Source of the DNA: Candidatus Woesebacteria bacterium RIFCSPLOWO2_01_FULL_44_24b
GTDB taxonomy: Bacteria > Patescibacteriota > Microgenomatia > UBA8517
Assembly: GCA_001793235.1 (NCBI GenBank)
Contig: MGHM01000002.1
Coordinates: 1-40,916, forward strand
Reading direction: 5' to 3'
DNA length: 40,916 nt
The number at the start of each line of letters is the position of its first letter. The stretch's first letter is position 1. Positions 9,092-19,167 of this stretch are shown one piece after another. The translations under genes were made by a program, and so were the position numbers. The notes beneath the pieces were generated by a model. That model worked only from the letters and a program-made list of their open reading frames with translations, did not search any database and had not been told where the DNA came from.

Positions 9092-9844
9092 TTACTTGGT
9101 TAACACAATAGGACCACCACGGGTGAGCGCGACGGTCTCCTCGAAAAGCGCAGACATTTTACCATCTTTTGTGCGTATTGTCCAACCGTCAGAACCGGTT
9201 TTCACCTCACCAGAGCCGGCCGCATACATTACCTCAATGGCCAAAACCGCTCCCTCATTCAAAAGAAAATTTTCTCCGGGGTACCCGCTGTAGCAGGGAA
9301 CCATGGGATCTTCATGCAACTCCCGACCAATGCCATGACCCACAAGCGCGGTCACCGGTGAGTAGCCATTTTCTTTAAGATTACTCTCAATTGCCCTTGA
9401 GATATCTCCAAGCCTGTGGCCTACTTTAGCCGCTCGGATTGCCTTACCCAGGGATTGCCTGCCGACTTCCAAAAAATGGGCAAGCTCAGGGGACTTACCG
9501 ACAAGCACTGTAAAAGATGTATCGGTATGAAAACCCTTGTAATAAAGCCCTACATCAACACTCACTATATCGCCATCTTTAAAAACTAGGCTATTGACTG
9601 GTATGCCATGAACAAGGCCATCGTTCACATTAACACAAGTTGCCCACCGGTACCCGGGAACCATTGCAAAGGATGGCTTGGCTCCTTCTTTTTTAATGAG
9701 ACTCACGGCTAACTTTTCAATGCTTTCTGCATTTTCACCTTCTTTAACTGCTTTCTGTAACTCCCCCTTGACCCGTGCGAGTTTTTTGCCCCCTTCGGCC
9801 ATTACCGCTATCTCCACTTTGGTTTTAAGTTCAAATTTTTGCAT
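9092..9844 (-). CDS. map: Type I methionine aminopeptidase
   Basis: CVNVND.LVHGIP, DVG..GFHTD, GHGIG.ELHEDP. Confidence 0.96.
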   Translation of the reverse strand: MQKFELKTKVEIAVMAEGGKKLARVKGELQKAVKEGENAESIEKLAVSLIKKEGAKPSFAMVPGYRWATCVNVNDGLVHGIPVNSLVFKDGDIVSVDVGLYYKGFHTDTSFTVLVGKSPELAHFLEVGRQSLGKAIRAAKVGHRLGDISRAIESNLKENGYSPVTALVGHGIGRELHEDPMVPCYSGYPGENFLLNEGAVLAIEVMYAAGSGEVKTGSDGWTIRTKDGKMSALFEETVALTRGGPIVLTK

Positions 9845-10448
9845 TTATTTCCTTTTCAATATCGGCAATTGATTGCTCGCCGTTAATTTCTATCAAGAGA
9901 CCCCCCGCTTTTAGTAATTCCACGAGTGGCTGGGTTGTCTCGTGATAATGCAAAAGCCTCTCCGCAATTGCCTCAGGCTTGTCGTCTTCCCGCTGAACCA
10001 ATTTTGTGCGGTCTACCTCGGGTCCTGGCGGGTTTGTCAAAAGATTGTAAATTTTGCCGGTTGCCGGGTCAGTTCGCCTGGCAGACAGCCGCTTCACCGA
10101 AACTTCGTCGGATACCTGCAAAAAAATGGCCTTTGTTACCCCACTACCGTGCTTGGCCAAGTAATCAGCCAAAAGCTGATATTGGGCAATAGAGCGGGGG
10201 TAGCCGTCTAAAATCAAGTTGTCATGCAAATCACCCTTGTCCAAAAAATCGGTTATAATTATAAACATTTCAGAGTCCGGCACCAGCTCGCCGCGCTTAT
10301 TTACAATCTCGTTAAGCCTCGGGTCGGCTTTAGCGATTTTCCTCAAATGCGCGCCAACGTCAAGATAAAAAAGTCCAAGCCTTTGGGCCAGGAGTTTTGC
10401 TTGGGTTCCTTTACCGGAGCCTTGCGGCCCCATTATTAAAAATATCAT
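9831..10448 (-). CDS. adk: Adenylate kinase
   Basis: [22 protein letters not shown]. Confidence 0.96.
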   Translation of the reverse strand: MIFLIMGPQGSGKGTQAKLLAQRLGLFYLDVGAHLRKIAKADPRLNEIVNKRGELVPDSEMFIIITDFLDKGDLHDNLILDGYPRSIAQYQLLADYLAKHGSGVTKAIFLQVSDEVSVKRLSARRTDPATGKIYNLLTNPPGPEVDRTKLVQREDDKPEAIAERLLHYHETTQPLVELLKAGGLLIEINGEQSIADIEKEINAKI

Positions 10449-11719
10449 CGCAGCAAACTCTCATATCGCTTCATAACAAGTTGGGCTTCGATGTCCCGTG
10501 TAAGTTCCAAAACCACAGCAACTACGATAAGAATCCCGGTTCCACCTATAACCAAATCGGGGATGCCCACCATGCCCGAGACAAGAGCGGGAAGAACCGC
10601 AATGAGCCCTAAAAACACCGCTCCGGCGGCGGTGATTCTATTTAACACGTAATTAAGATACTTTACAGTCTGAGAACCCGGGCGAGTGCCGGGAATAAAA
10701 CCACCGTTTTTTTGCAAATTATCGGCAATTTTTTGCGGGTTAAAAACCACAGAGGTGTAAAAATAAGTAAAGCCGACAACTAGTAAAAAGTATGTGATGT
10801 TGTAGGTTGGGCTCTGCGGCTGAAAGACATTGGCCAGGGTTACTGCAAACTCAGCCAATTGGGGGTTACTGACGCCTGCCAAAAATTGGCTAACCATGGT
10901 TGGCATAAGGACCAAAGAGACCGCAAAAATGATGGGGATTACTCCGGCTTGATTTACCCTTAGCGGCAAATATGAGCCTCCGGGGGCAGATGCCCTTCTT
11001 GCATAATGAATGGGTATTTGGCGTGTTGCCTCATTTACATAAACTATCAGCCCAACAACTACCATGGCAACCACAAGAAATATGCCAATATAAAGAAGAT
11101 CTTCGGCGCGCACGGTAGTAAGCGTCCGGGTTAAGGACACCGGAAGACGGGCCACGATACCGGAAAATATCAAAAAAGAAATCCCGTTTCCAACGCCATA
11201 TTCAGTGATGAGCTCACCAATCCAGATGGCAAGCATGGTACCTGCCGTCATGGTGGCGATTAAAGCAACTATGCCAAGGGGAGAGAGACCCTGAATTATG
11301 CCCTGAGAAGTCAAAAGGGCGTACATGCCAAGCGCCTGAAAAATGGAAAAAGGAATTGTCAAAATCCTGGTGTACTGATTAATTTTTTCCTGGCCATACT
11401 CGCCCTCTTTGGAGAGCTCCTCAAGGCGTGGAACAACTATTGTTAATAGCTGTAAAATAATCGAGGCGTTGATATATGGCGTGAGCCCCAAGGCCATAAT
11501 GGAAAAATTGGCCAGGGTGCCGCCTGAAAATACATCCAAAAGGGACAAGAGTGGGCTTCCCGAAAAAAGTGTCTGAAGTGAAGTTCTGTCTATCCCGGCA
11601 GCCGGGATGTGCGCCACAAGGCGAAAAACTACCAAGGCCAATGCGGTAAGTATTATTTTCTTCCGAATTGGCGGGGATTTAACGCTCCTTGTAAAAAAGG
11701 CAAGTATTTCATGAACCAT
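10445..11719 (-). CDS. secY: Preprotein translocase SecY
   Basis: [35 protein letters not shown]. Confidence 0.98.
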   Translation of the reverse strand: MVHEILAFFTRSVKSPPIRKKIILTALALVVFRLVAHIPAAGIDRTSLQTLFSGSPLLSLLDVFSGGTLANFSIMALGLTPYINASIILQLLTIVVPRLEELSKEGEYGQEKINQYTRILTIPFSIFQALGMYALLTSQGIIQGLSPLGIVALIATMTAGTMLAIWIGELITEYGVGNGISFLIFSGIVARLPVSLTRTLTTVRAEDLLYIGIFLVVAMVVVGLIVYVNEATRQIPIHYARRASAPGGSYLPLRVNQAGVIPIIFAVSLVLMPTMVSQFLAGVSNPQLAEFAVTLANVFQPQSPTYNITYFLLVVGFTYFYTSVVFNPQKIADNLQKNGGFIPGTRPGSQTVKYLNYVLNRITAAGAVFLGLIAVLPALVSGMVGIPDLVIGGTGILIVVAVVLELTRDIEAQLVMKRYESLLR

Positions 11720-12148
11720 TTATTCTACTTTCCCTCCGGCTTTCGCAATCTTAACGGCAGCAGATTTCGAAGTGGGTAAAAGTACCGTCAGCTTCTTTTC
11801 CAGTTTACCATTTCCCAAAATCTTTACTCCATAGGCCATTGCATCAGCCCGATTCACAATTCCTGCCTTGACCAGAGTCTCAATAGAAGCCTTTGAGCCG
11901 CTAGCGAGAATATTTAAAGCATCCAAATTTACTATCAAAGGCTTTTGCTTTGCCTTAAATTTATCTTTGCCCCTTTTGAAAGGAAGCCTGTTTAAAAGCG
12001 ACTTTCTTACCTTCACACCCTCAAAGAGAATGCCCACCGAAGTCCGGGCCTTCTGGCCTTTTTGCCCACGACCCGAAGTGTGGCCACCTTTGCCACTTCC
12101 ATAGCCCCGGCCGACTCTTTTCTTTGACTTTGATTTTACTTTCAACAT
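11720..12148 (-). CDS. rplO: 50S ribosomal protein L15
   Basis: RVGRGYGSGKG..GRGQKGQKAR, VKILGNG. Confidence 0.97.
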   Translation of the reverse strand: MLKVKSKSKKRVGRGYGSGKGGHTSGRGQKGQKARTSVGILFEGVKVRKSLLNRLPFKRGKDKFKAKQKPLIVNLDALNILASGSKASIETLVKAGIVNRADAMAYGVKILGNGKLEKKLTVLLPTSKSAAVKIAKAGGKVE

Positions 12149-12615
12149 TATTTCCTTTCCGAAAGCTTAATAATTGTCTCCAGCGCCTTGAGGGTTGCGT
12201 AAACATTCGAAATTTTGTTTTTTGTACCTAAAATCTTACCAACCGCGTCGCGCACTCCGCAGGCGTCCAGGACAACCCTCATGGGTCCGCCGGCTATGAT
12301 ACCACTTCCGGTAGGTGCGGGTTTCAAGAGCACCCTGGCTGCCCCATATTTCTGGGTTACCTCAAATGGTATGGTTGTTCCAGAAATGGGAACCTGAATC
12401 ATGTGGCGCCCCGCAAAACCAATGGCTTTTTGTATTGCGCTTCGCACGTCGCGTGCTTTCGAAAGCCCGGCTCCCACACGGCCGTTTTTATCGCCCACAA
12501 CCACCAAAGCGGAAAACCTCATCTGATTCCCACCCTTGGTTTTTTTTGAAATTCGGTTAATGTCAACTACTGTCTCCATCAGTCCGCTCTCAGCATAATT
12601 ATTCCGGTTATCCAT
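12148..12615 (-). CDS. rpsE: 30S ribosomal protein S5
   Basis: KGG..RFSALVVVGD, LKPAPTGSGIIAGG. Confidence 0.98.
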   Translation of the reverse strand: MDNRNNYAESGLMETVVDINRISKKTKGGNQMRFSALVVVGDKNGRVGAGLSKARDVRSAIQKAIGFAGRHMIQVPISGTTIPFEVTQKYGAARVLLKPAPTGSGIIAGGPMRVVLDACGVRDAVGKILGTKNKISNVYATLKALETIIKLSERK

Positions 12616-12923
12616 TAGAATTTAATACCTCCTTCTCTCACGGCATCGGCAAGTTCTTTTATCTTGCCGTGATATTTATAGCCGCTTCTATCAAAAACCA
12701 ACCTTCCAATTTTAGCCTTCTTAGCCTTTTTAACCAAGTCGAGGGCGACCTCTTTCGGATCTTTGCCTTTTGCCGAAGCTAAAGTCAGCCCTTTGGCATC
12801 ATTGATAAGCTGAGCATAAATTAACTTATTCGACCTGAAAACCGTAAGCCTTGGAACGGTTGAGTTTCCCGCAAGGCGTGCCCTTATTCTCTTCTTTCTG
12901 GTTGCTCGTGATTTGGTTAACAT
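12615..12923 (-). CDS. rplR: 50S ribosomal protein L18 (short)
   Basis: PRLTVFRSNK, FDRSGYKYHG. Confidence 0.97.
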   Translation of the reverse strand: MLTKSRATRKKRIRARLAGNSTVPRLTVFRSNKLIYAQLINDAKGLTLASAKGKDPKEVALDLVKKAKKAKIGRLVFDRSGYKYHGKIKELADAVREGGIKF

Positions 12924-12924
12924 A

Positions 12925-13467
12925 TTACTCAGTCTTTCCTGCTTGTTTACCGACTTTCCTTCGTACTACCTCATCTGTATATTTCACCCCAAAGCCGGTA
13001 TATGGATTTGCTCGCCGTGAATCCCTAATAAGGGCGGAAATGTGCCCCACTTCATCTTTGTTCGCGCCCTCTACCGTTATCACATTTTTTTCAACCACAA
13101 AATTAATCGCTTCGGGAGCGCTAATAACCACGGGGTGCGAGTGCCCGACCATAAGAACCAAATCACGGCCACGCAATTCTGCCCTATAGCCAGGGCCGCT
13201 TACTTCAAGTTGCTTCTTCCAGCCGGTGAGCACTCCACTTACCATATTTGCAATGTGGGCCCGCGTCGCACCTTGAACCGCTCTGGCAGCCTTCGAGCCC
13301 CCCATCTGCTCAACCACAATATTCCCTTCAGATTCAGCCACCTTAACGAGCCGAGGGAAAGTCCTCTCAAGTGTTCCTTTCGGGCCCGCCACAGTAATTC
13401 CATTGTCAGTAATTGTTACTTTAACTTCGACAGGAACTTTAACTGGTAGTTTGCCAAATCTTCCCAT
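12925..13467 (-). CDS. rplF: 50S ribosomal protein L6 (start reassigned to MGRFGK)
   Basis: GPKGTL, G.GYRA, PYTGFGVKY..E.VRRK.GK. Confidence 0.97.
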   Translation of the reverse strand: MGRFGKLPVKVPVEVKVTITDNGITVAGPKGTLERTFPRLVKVAESEGNIVVEQMGGSKAARAVQGATRAHIANMVSGVLTGWKKQLEVSGPGYRAELRGRDLVLMVGHSHPVVISAPEAINFVVEKNVITVEGANKDEVGHISALIRDSRRANPYTGFGVKYTDEVVRRKVGKQAGKTE

Positions 13468-13468
13468 A

Positions 13469-13852
13469 TTACCAAACCTCCGCAATTACTTCGCCCCCGA
13501 CGCCTTTCTTCCTGGCTTCGTCTGAGTTAAGTATCCCTTCCGGGGTAGACAAAAGCAGTCGTGATGCATTTCTTCTTTTGCGGGTAGACAACTCATCCAA
13601 CCCCATATAAATTCGGAGGCCCGGCTTTGAAACAAGCTTTAAATCAAGTAGCGTCGGAGCTTTCTTGTGATAAGCCAAACGCGAAGTGAGTACTCCCTCG
13701 CTAACTGCAACGGACTCAAGAATCTTTGTCTTAACCAGGGCTTTTCCGACTGACTCGACAAAGCGTGAATTTTTAACCACAACCTCACGCCTGCCCGCAC
13801 GAGCCGCATTCTTTATTCTTATCAAATAGTCACCAACCGGGTAATTAGTCAT
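13469..13852 (-). CDS. rpsH: 30S ribosomal protein S8
   Basis: LIRIKNA, VSKPGLRIY, GVGGEVIAEVW. Confidence 0.98.
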   Translation of the reverse strand: MTNYPVGDYLIRIKNAARAGRREVVVKNSRFVESVGKALVKTKILESVAVSEGVLTSRLAYHKKAPTLLDLKLVSKPGLRIYMGLDELSTRKRRNASRLLLSTPEGILNSDEARKKGVGGEVIAEVW

Positions 13853-13855
13853 AAC

Positions 13856-14041
13856 TTACCAGCTTGCCTTTCTAACACCCGGGATCTCCCCGCGGTGAGC
13901 AAATTCACGAAAACAGGCTCGACAAAGCCCGAATTTACGCATATACCCTCGGGGTCTGCCGCAAATTCGACAGCGGTTCCTGTATCGTGTCTGATACTTT
14001 AATTTCTTGGTTTCTCTTATTATTTTTGATGTTTTTGCCAT
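13856..14041 (-). CDS. rpsN: 30S ribosomal protein S14 (type Z, Zn-binding)
   Basis: [30 protein letters not shown]. Confidence 0.98.
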   Translation of the reverse strand: MAKTSKIIRETKKLKYQTRYRNRCRICGRPRGYMRKFGLCRACFREFAHRGEIPGVRKASW

Positions 14042-14052
14042 ATTCTTTACTT

Positions 14053-14604
14053 TTACTCCGTCTTCTCAAACGGCATGCCGAGCATCTCAAGCATAAGCTT
14101 TGACTTAACCGGATCGGAATTTTTAATAACAATGGTGAGCTCCAGTCCGTGTGGCCTGTCCACGCGGGCCAAGTCCACTTCAGGAAAAACTGTATGCTCG
14201 GCTACACCCAGTGTATAATTCCCGGCCATGTCAAAGCTCTTGTTGGGTAAACCCCTGAAATCCCGAAGTCTCGGCAGAACCACACTTATGAGCCGCTCCA
14301 AAAAATCGTACATTTTAGCGCCCCTTAAAGTAACGGTCAGCCCAACCGGCATTCCTTCCCTCACACCAAAACCTGCAATCGACGTCTTAGCCACTTGCAC
14401 CTTTGGTTTTTGACCTGTGATAGCCGCAAGTTCTGCCATAAGTTTTTCCTTGGCGTTTTTATCGCGGAGCCGCTCGCCTGTGCCCATATTAACTACAATC
14501 TTTGTGATTTGCGGCAAGGCCATGACGTTTGCCACCTTGAGCTCTTCACCAAGTTTTTGCCTGACATCTTCCATATACTTTTGTTTTAATGGTTTGTGCT
14601 TCAT
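14053..14604 (-). CDS. rplE: 50S ribosomal protein L5
   Basis: [22 protein letters not shown]. Confidence 0.98.
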   Translation of the reverse strand: MKHKPLKQKYMEDVRQKLGEELKVANVMALPQITKIVVNMGTGERLRDKNAKEKLMAELAAITGQKPKVQVAKTSIAGFGVREGMPVGLTVTLRGAKMYDFLERLISVVLPRLRDFRGLPNKSFDMAGNYTLGVAEHTVFPEVDLARVDRPHGLELTIVIKNSDPVKSKLMLEMLGMPFEKTE

Positions 14605-14918
14605 TTAAGTTTATCCAAGATAACTCCGCTTCTTTTGCTTATTCTCACTTTGCGATCTCCCTCAATCCGAAAACCAACTCTGGTGGGCTTTCCTGTTTTT
14701 GGGTCAAGGACGGCAAGCTTTGACAGAAGCACCGGACGCGGAATATCAAAAATCCCACCCTTGTTATCACGGGAGACGCTTTTTTTAACGTGTTTTTTGT
14801 AAATATTGATACCTTGAATTAAAGCTCGCCCGCTTGAGATAGCCTCAATGGTTCCCTCCCGGCCACGGTCCTTGCCCGAGCGCACCCGTACCTTGTCGCC
14901 AACTTTAAATTTATTCAT
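14601..14918 (-). CDS. rplX: 50S ribosomal protein L24
   Basis: KVGDKVRVRSGKDRG, PTRVGF. Confidence 0.97.
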   Translation of the reverse strand: MNKFKVGDKVRVRSGKDRGREGTIEAISSGRALIQGINIYKKHVKKSVSRDNKGGIFDIPRPVLLSKLAVLDPKTGKPTRVGFRIEGDRKVRISKRSGVILDKLK

Positions 14919-14919
14919 A

Positions 14920-15285
14920 TCAGACTACCTCCCTAGCCAGGGACGCAATTTTGGTATAGCCCGCTTCACGAACTTCACGCGCTACCGGCCCGAGCACCCG
15001 GGTCCCCCGAGGGAGCCCCTGCTTGTCAATAACCACCGCGGCGTTATCGTCAAAGCGGATGTAGCTGCCGTCGGGCCGCCCTACCTCTTTTCTGGTACGC
15101 ACGACAACTGCGCTCACCAGCTCCTTATTCGCAACCGCGCCGTTTGGGTCTGCCCCATGGACCGAACACTTTACCACCTGGCCAATTGTTGCGGTTTTGC
15201 CGATTCTGCCTGAAATGCCTATGACCATCAGGGCCTTTGCTCCTGAATTGTCCGCCAAATTTAAAATGCTCCTTAGCTGTACCAT
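14920..15285 (-). CDS. rplN: 50S ribosomal protein L14
   Basis: ADNSGAK, DGSYIRFDDNAAV, GTRVLGPVARE. Confidence 0.98.
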   Translation of the reverse strand: MVQLRSILNLADNSGAKALMVIGISGRIGKTATIGQVVKCSVHGADPNGAVANKELVSAVVVRTRKEVGRPDGSYIRFDDNAAVVIDKQGLPRGTRVLGPVAREVREAGYTKIASLAREVV

Positions 15286-15530
15286 TATTTTTTGCCTTTC
15301 TTGGCCCCTACTATCTCAATTACCTTCCATTTCTTAAGCTTGCTTACCGGCCTACAAGCTACAAATTTTACCGTGTTGCCGACTTTTGCACCCAACTCAT
15401 CGTGAGTGTGGTACTTTTTTGTTCGCTTTATCCGCTTGCCATAGATAGGGTGAGCAACATTCCGCACCACTTCAACCGTCGCGGTCTTGGCCATTTTTAT
15501 CGATATAACTTTACCTGTAAATACCTTCAT
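15285..15530 (-). CDS. rpsQ: 30S ribosomal protein S17
   Basis: GKVISIKM.KT, HPIYGK, RPVSKLKKW. Confidence 0.97.
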   Translation of the reverse strand: MKVFTGKVISIKMAKTATVEVVRNVAHPIYGKRIKRTKKYHTHDELGAKVGNTVKFVACRPVSKLKKWKVIEIVGAKKGKK

Positions 15531-15730
15531 TTCTTTTCACCTTTTGCTTCTGATAGTATACTCAAAATTTGGGCTATGTCACGGCGAATATTCTTCCTAA
15601 CCCTTAAATTCTTCTCTTTGCCCGAAACAATCGCCGCTTCGCTTTTTAGATTCTCCGCACGAAGGCCAAGGAGCTTCTTTGTTAGTTCCTCCGGCTTCCC
15701 TCTCAACTCCTGTAATTCTCTTTTTTTCAT
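15527..15730 (-). CDS. rpmC: 50S ribosomal protein L29
   Basis: Position between rplP and rpsQ; ELR..., RRDIAQILSIL. Confidence 0.93.
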   Translation of the reverse strand: MKKRELQELRGKPEELTKKLLGLRAENLKSEAAIVSGKEKNLRVRKNIRRDIAQILSILSEAKGEKK

Positions 15731-15732
15731 AA

Positions 15733-16140
15733 TTAGTTTCTGTAAACTATTTTCGCTTTGAACGATATTTTGTCTCCGGCTTTCTTCAATGCGTTTGCCG
15801 CAACTTCCGGCTCGACACCCGCAATTTCATAAATAATTTTTCCGGGCAATATCACTGCTGCGTGGTGGTCCACCTCACCTTTGCCGCTACCCATACGCTG
15901 ACCGGCAGGGCGCAAAGTAATGGGCTTGTCCGGAAAAACCCTGACCCAAGTACGGCCTTTTCTTTTAAGCGCGTTTGTTATAGCCCGGCGGCCCGCCTCA
16001 ATCTGCGCAGCACTCATCCAGCCGCGGCCAAGAGACTTCAAGCCAACCTCGCCAAAAGCCAGCTCGCTTCCGCGGATTGCCACTCCCCGTCTTTTTCCTC
16101 TAAATTGTTTTCTAAACTTTTCCCGTCTAGGTGCAAGCAT
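15733..16140 (-). CDS. rplP: 50S ribosomal protein L16
   Basis: KFRKQFRG, QIEAGRRA, RVFPDKP..RMGSGKG. Confidence 0.98.
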   Translation of the reverse strand: MLAPRREKFRKQFRGKRRGVAIRGSELAFGEVGLKSLGRGWMSAAQIEAGRRAITNALKRKGRTWVRVFPDKPITLRPAGQRMGSGKGEVDHHAAVILPGKIIYEIAGVEPEVAANALKKAGDKISFKAKIVYRN

Positions 16141-16799
16141 TAGTCTTCCTCCCTTTTTTGTTTATATATCCACACTTTTACTCCCACATAACCCCTCGTC
16201 AATAGGGCCGGGACCTGTGCATAATCAATATTTTCCCTCAATGTTTGAGTGGGCACGGCCCCCTGGTGATATTTTTCGGATCTGGCTATGTCCGCCCCGC
16301 CGATGCGCCCGGCAACCACAATTTTAACGCCCTTGGCGCCTGCGGACATCACCCGCTCCATGTTTCTGGTAATGACCCTTCTGTGAGGCATTCTACGCTC
16401 AAGCTCCCCCGCAATGCGCACCGCAACCAGCTGCGCAGAAACTTCCGGATCCCGCACTTCCCGAACTTGCAAGTCAATTTTTGTATCCTTCGGGACCGCT
16501 CCCCGGACCTTTTTGATTATCTCAACTACTTGCCTTTTAATATCCTCAATACCCGAGCCCCCACGGCCGATAACCACACCTGGGCGGGAAACCGTCAAGG
16601 TTACAACCATGCTTTTGGAAAGCCGGGCAATCTCAACCCGCTCAATGCCGGCGACCTTAAGCTTGTCCATAAGAAATCCTCTGATTTTTATGTCCTCCAG
16701 AAGGAGGTTGCGATAACTTGCGCGGTCTGAAAACCACACTGACTTCCAGGGCCTAAAATGCCCGACTCTGAAACCGACTGGGTTTACTTTATGACTCAT
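16140..16799 (-). CDS. rpsC: 30S ribosomal protein S3 (start reassigned to MSHKVNP)
   Basis: KVNPVGFR, RPGVVIGRGG, GRIGGADIAR. Confidence 0.98.
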   Translation of the reverse strand: MSHKVNPVGFRVGHFRPWKSVWFSDRASYRNLLLEDIKIRGFLMDKLKVAGIERVEIARLSKSMVVTLTVSRPGVVIGRGGSGIEDIKRQVVEIIKKVRGAVPKDTKIDLQVREVRDPEVSAQLVAVRIAGELERRMPHRRVITRNMERVMSAGAKGVKIVVAGRIGGADIARSEKYHQGAVPTQTLRENIDYAQVPALLTRGYVGVKVWIYKQKREED

Positions 16800-16806
16800 G
16801 TTAATT

Positions 16807-16919
16807 AAATTCAAAATTCGAATATCGAAATCCGAAACTTATTTCTCTCCTTCCTTTTTTTTATTAATTTTTGTATTTTCAGTTTTTATTTCGGATTTTG
16901 GATTTCGTGCTTCTGATTT
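16807..16919. repeat. Pair of inverted heptamer tandem arrays, one intergenic and one inside the rplV 3' end
   Basis: AAATTCA-AAATTCG-AATATCG-AAATCCG (16807-16834) and ATTTCGG-ATTTTGG-ATTTCGT-GCTTCTG (16888-16915) are mutually complementary. Confidence 0.75.
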
Positions 16920-17243
16920 AGTCGTTACCACGACTTTAATATGGCTCATAGCCCTTACATACCCGTGAGCTTGCCCCCGGGACACTGGCCTAAAGCGCTT
17001 CAGCCTTGGGCCCTCGGAAATCTCAATCTTGGAAATAACAAGCTCAGCCGGGTTTGCCCCTTTAACTTTAGCGTTGGCTGAGGCGCTTTTTATTACTTTC
17101 TCAACCGGCTTGACCGCGTCTTTCCTCACAAAAGGAAGGGCCTCCAAAACTTCGGATACTGACTTCCCGCGAACCATATCAGCAATGAGCCGAAGTTTCC
17201 TCGGTGCAATTCGCACAAATTTTTGTGTTGATATCGCTTGCAT
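16839..17243 (-). CDS. rplV: 50S ribosomal protein L22 with a repeat-derived C-terminal extension
   Basis: RIAPRKLRLIADMVRGK, GPRLKRFRP.SRG.A; tail KSEARNPKSEIK... Confidence 0.97.
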   Translation of the reverse strand: MQAISTQKFVRIAPRKLRLIADMVRGKSVSEVLEALPFVRKDAVKPVEKVIKSASANAKVKGANPAELVISKIEISEGPRLKRFRPVSRGQAHGYVRAMSHIKVVVTTKSEARNPKSEIKTENTKINKKKEGEK

Positions 17244-17250
17244 AATATTT

Positions 17251-17532
17251 TTACGTTTTCTCGATTATTCGCTTCACCACTTGCCCGTGTCCTCTGAATG
17301 TTCTGGTTGGCGCGAACTCGCCCAAGGCATGCCCGACCATATCTTCAGTTACAAAAACATCTATAAAAACGCGCCCGTTATGCACCTGAAAATATTTCCC
17401 AACCAATTCCGGAGAAATGGTGCTGCTTCTGGACCATGTTTTTATAGGATTTTTCTTGTCCCCCATGCCGGCTGCAATTTTTTTTATCAATCGCTCGTCG
17501 ACAAAAGGACCTTTTTTAGCGCTTCTGCTCAT
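17251..17532 (-). CDS. rpsS: 30S ribosomal protein S19
   Basis: [28 protein letters not shown]. Confidence 0.98.
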   Translation of the reverse strand: MSRSAKKGPFVDERLIKKIAAGMGDKKNPIKTWSRSSTISPELVGKYFQVHNGRVFIDVFVTEDMVGHALGEFAPTRTFRGHGQVVKRIIEKT

Positions 17533-18281
17533 GTTTGTTGGTGCCTTCCGGCTTTTCTCCTTGTAACTATCATTTTATTCGAATATTTTCTGTGTTTCCT
17601 GGTTCTGCCCACGGCTTTTGTACCGGAATAGCGCTTTGGGTACTTCATGCCCACTCCGCTTCGGCCTTCACCACCGCCGTGAGGGTGTGCCCCGGGGTGC
17701 ATCGCGACTCCCCGGACTGTTGGCCTAATCCCCCGCCTTCGATTTGTTCCGGCTTTGCCAATCCGGATGCCTCTTCGCTCCCCGCCGCTTGGCATCCCGA
17801 TAGTTGCCCAAGCATTTAGCAGAAATCGCCTTAACTCTCCCGAAGGAAGCTTTACAAGCATATAATCGCCTTCTTTCCCTTGAACCACCGCGGCCGAGCC
17901 TGCCCCCCGGACCATTTGCCCTCCCTTGCCCGGGCGGATTTCCAAGTTGTGAACGGCAGTTCCTGCCGGAATTTTTACCAAGGGAAGTGCATTTCCCGGC
18001 TCAATTGGCGCAAATTCAGATGCGATCACGGGAGCGCCAACGGCTAGTCCCTCGGGAGCAATTATATAGCGCTTTTCCCCGTCTTCATAGGCCAAAAGCG
18101 CAACCGAGGCGTTTCTGTTTGGATCATATTCCACGGCTATTACTCGAGCACGCAGGTCTCTTTTGTCACGCCTATAATCCACGTCGCGCAAAAACCTCTT
18201 GTGGCGCCCGCCCTGATGGCGGACTGTCACCTTGCCGCCTACCCGGCCTGACTTTTTCTTTAGTATGGTCTTGAGTTTCAT
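17529..18281 (-). CDS. rplB: 50S ribosomal protein L2 (N-terminally short)
   Basis: [20 protein letters not shown]...HPHGGGEG. Confidence 0.98.
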   Translation of the reverse strand: MKLKTILKKKSGRVGGKVTVRHQGGRHKRFLRDVDYRRDKRDLRARVIAVEYDPNRNASVALLAYEDGEKRYIIAPEGLAVGAPVIASEFAPIEPGNALPLVKIPAGTAVHNLEIRPGKGGQMVRGAGSAAVVQGKEGDYMLVKLPSGELRRFLLNAWATIGMPSGGERRGIRIGKAGTNRRRGIRPTVRGVAMHPGAHPHGGGEGRSGVGMKYPKRYSGTKAVGRTRKHRKYSNKMIVTRRKAGRHQQT

Positions 18282-18553
18282 TTCTTTTCTCCTTCAAACA
18301 AATCTATCTTTTCTTTGGCTTTCAAACTTACAATTGCCTTCTTTTGAGGACTGACTGTAATTTTTCTCCTTGTTAGCGTGGTTTTTATCCCACCGGCTCT
18401 GCTTTGCGTGCGTACTCGCACAACGTGAACCCCAAAGGTTTCACCTATTAATTTTTTTATCTGGTGCTTGGTTGAGCGCGCCGGAACCCAGAATGAATAA
18501 CGGCCGGCTTTGGCCTCCGCCAAGCTTTTTTCAGTCAAGATCGGTTTAATCAT
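18278..18553 (-). CDS. rplW: 50S ribosomal protein L23
   Basis: PILTEKS, KKAIVSL. Confidence 0.96.
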   Translation of the reverse strand: MIKPILTEKSLAEAKAGRYSFWVPARSTKHQIKKLIGETFGVHVVRVRTQSRAGGIKTTLTRRKITVSPQKKAIVSLKAKEKIDLFEGEKK

Positions 18554-19167
18554 TTTGTTTTCTTAAAATTGTCGGCGTCAAGAATTAACTTCCCACCAAA
18601 GTAAACAGTGTATGCATTAAGGTCGGAATATCTCTCCACGCGGAGTCGGTCAATATTTTTAAAATACTTATAAATCCCTTTGTTTTTCTCCGACAGAGCG
18701 AGCATTAGTTTCCCTTTTTCCAACTTCTCGCCTTTACAAATCGAATCAACTAAAAGCATAGCCTCTTTGGTTTTTGTGACTGCTGTCAGATCCTTTACCG
18801 CAACGATGGCCTTCTCTTTGGCTTTGAGGGCAAACGCGCTTGCGAGAGCCCTAATCTTCATTTTTTTGGGCAAACCAAGTACTCTTTTGACGCCCTTTGG
18901 CCCGTGAGCCACTCCGCCCCCGACGAATATCGGCGCACTTTGTGAGCCGTGCCTGGCACGCCCCGTCCCTTTTTGCTTGTACCATTTTGCAGTTGTCAGA
19001 TTGATTTCACCACGGGTTTTAACCTTGGAATTTCCGGCGTGGGTTCTGTCCCTGTAAATATGAATAGCTTGGGCCAAAAGTGCCTTGTTTACGTCTCCAC
19101 CGAACTCCTTCGGAAGAGCCAAGCTCTTAACCGTCTTTGATTTAGCTGAATATAGATTAACTTTCAT
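18550..19167 (-). CDS. rplD: 50S ribosomal protein L4
   Basis: KTRGE, KQKGTGRARHGS..APIFVGGGVAHGPK. Confidence 0.98.
   Translation of the reverse strand: MKVNLYSAKSKTVKSLALPKEFGGDVNKALLAQAIHIYRDRTHAGNSKVKTRGEINLTTAKWYKQKGTGRARHGSQSAPIFVGGGVAHGPKGVKRVLGLPKKMKIRALASAFALKAKEKAIVAVKDLTAVTKTKEAMLLVDSICKGEKLEKGKLMLALSEKNKGIYKYFKNIDRLRVERYSDLNAYTVYFGGKLILDADNFKKTK

Noticed and set aside
9831-10448. Adenylate kinase LID and uS4 lacking Zn-binding cysteines
   Set aside because: Zn-free variants of both are common and not distinctive
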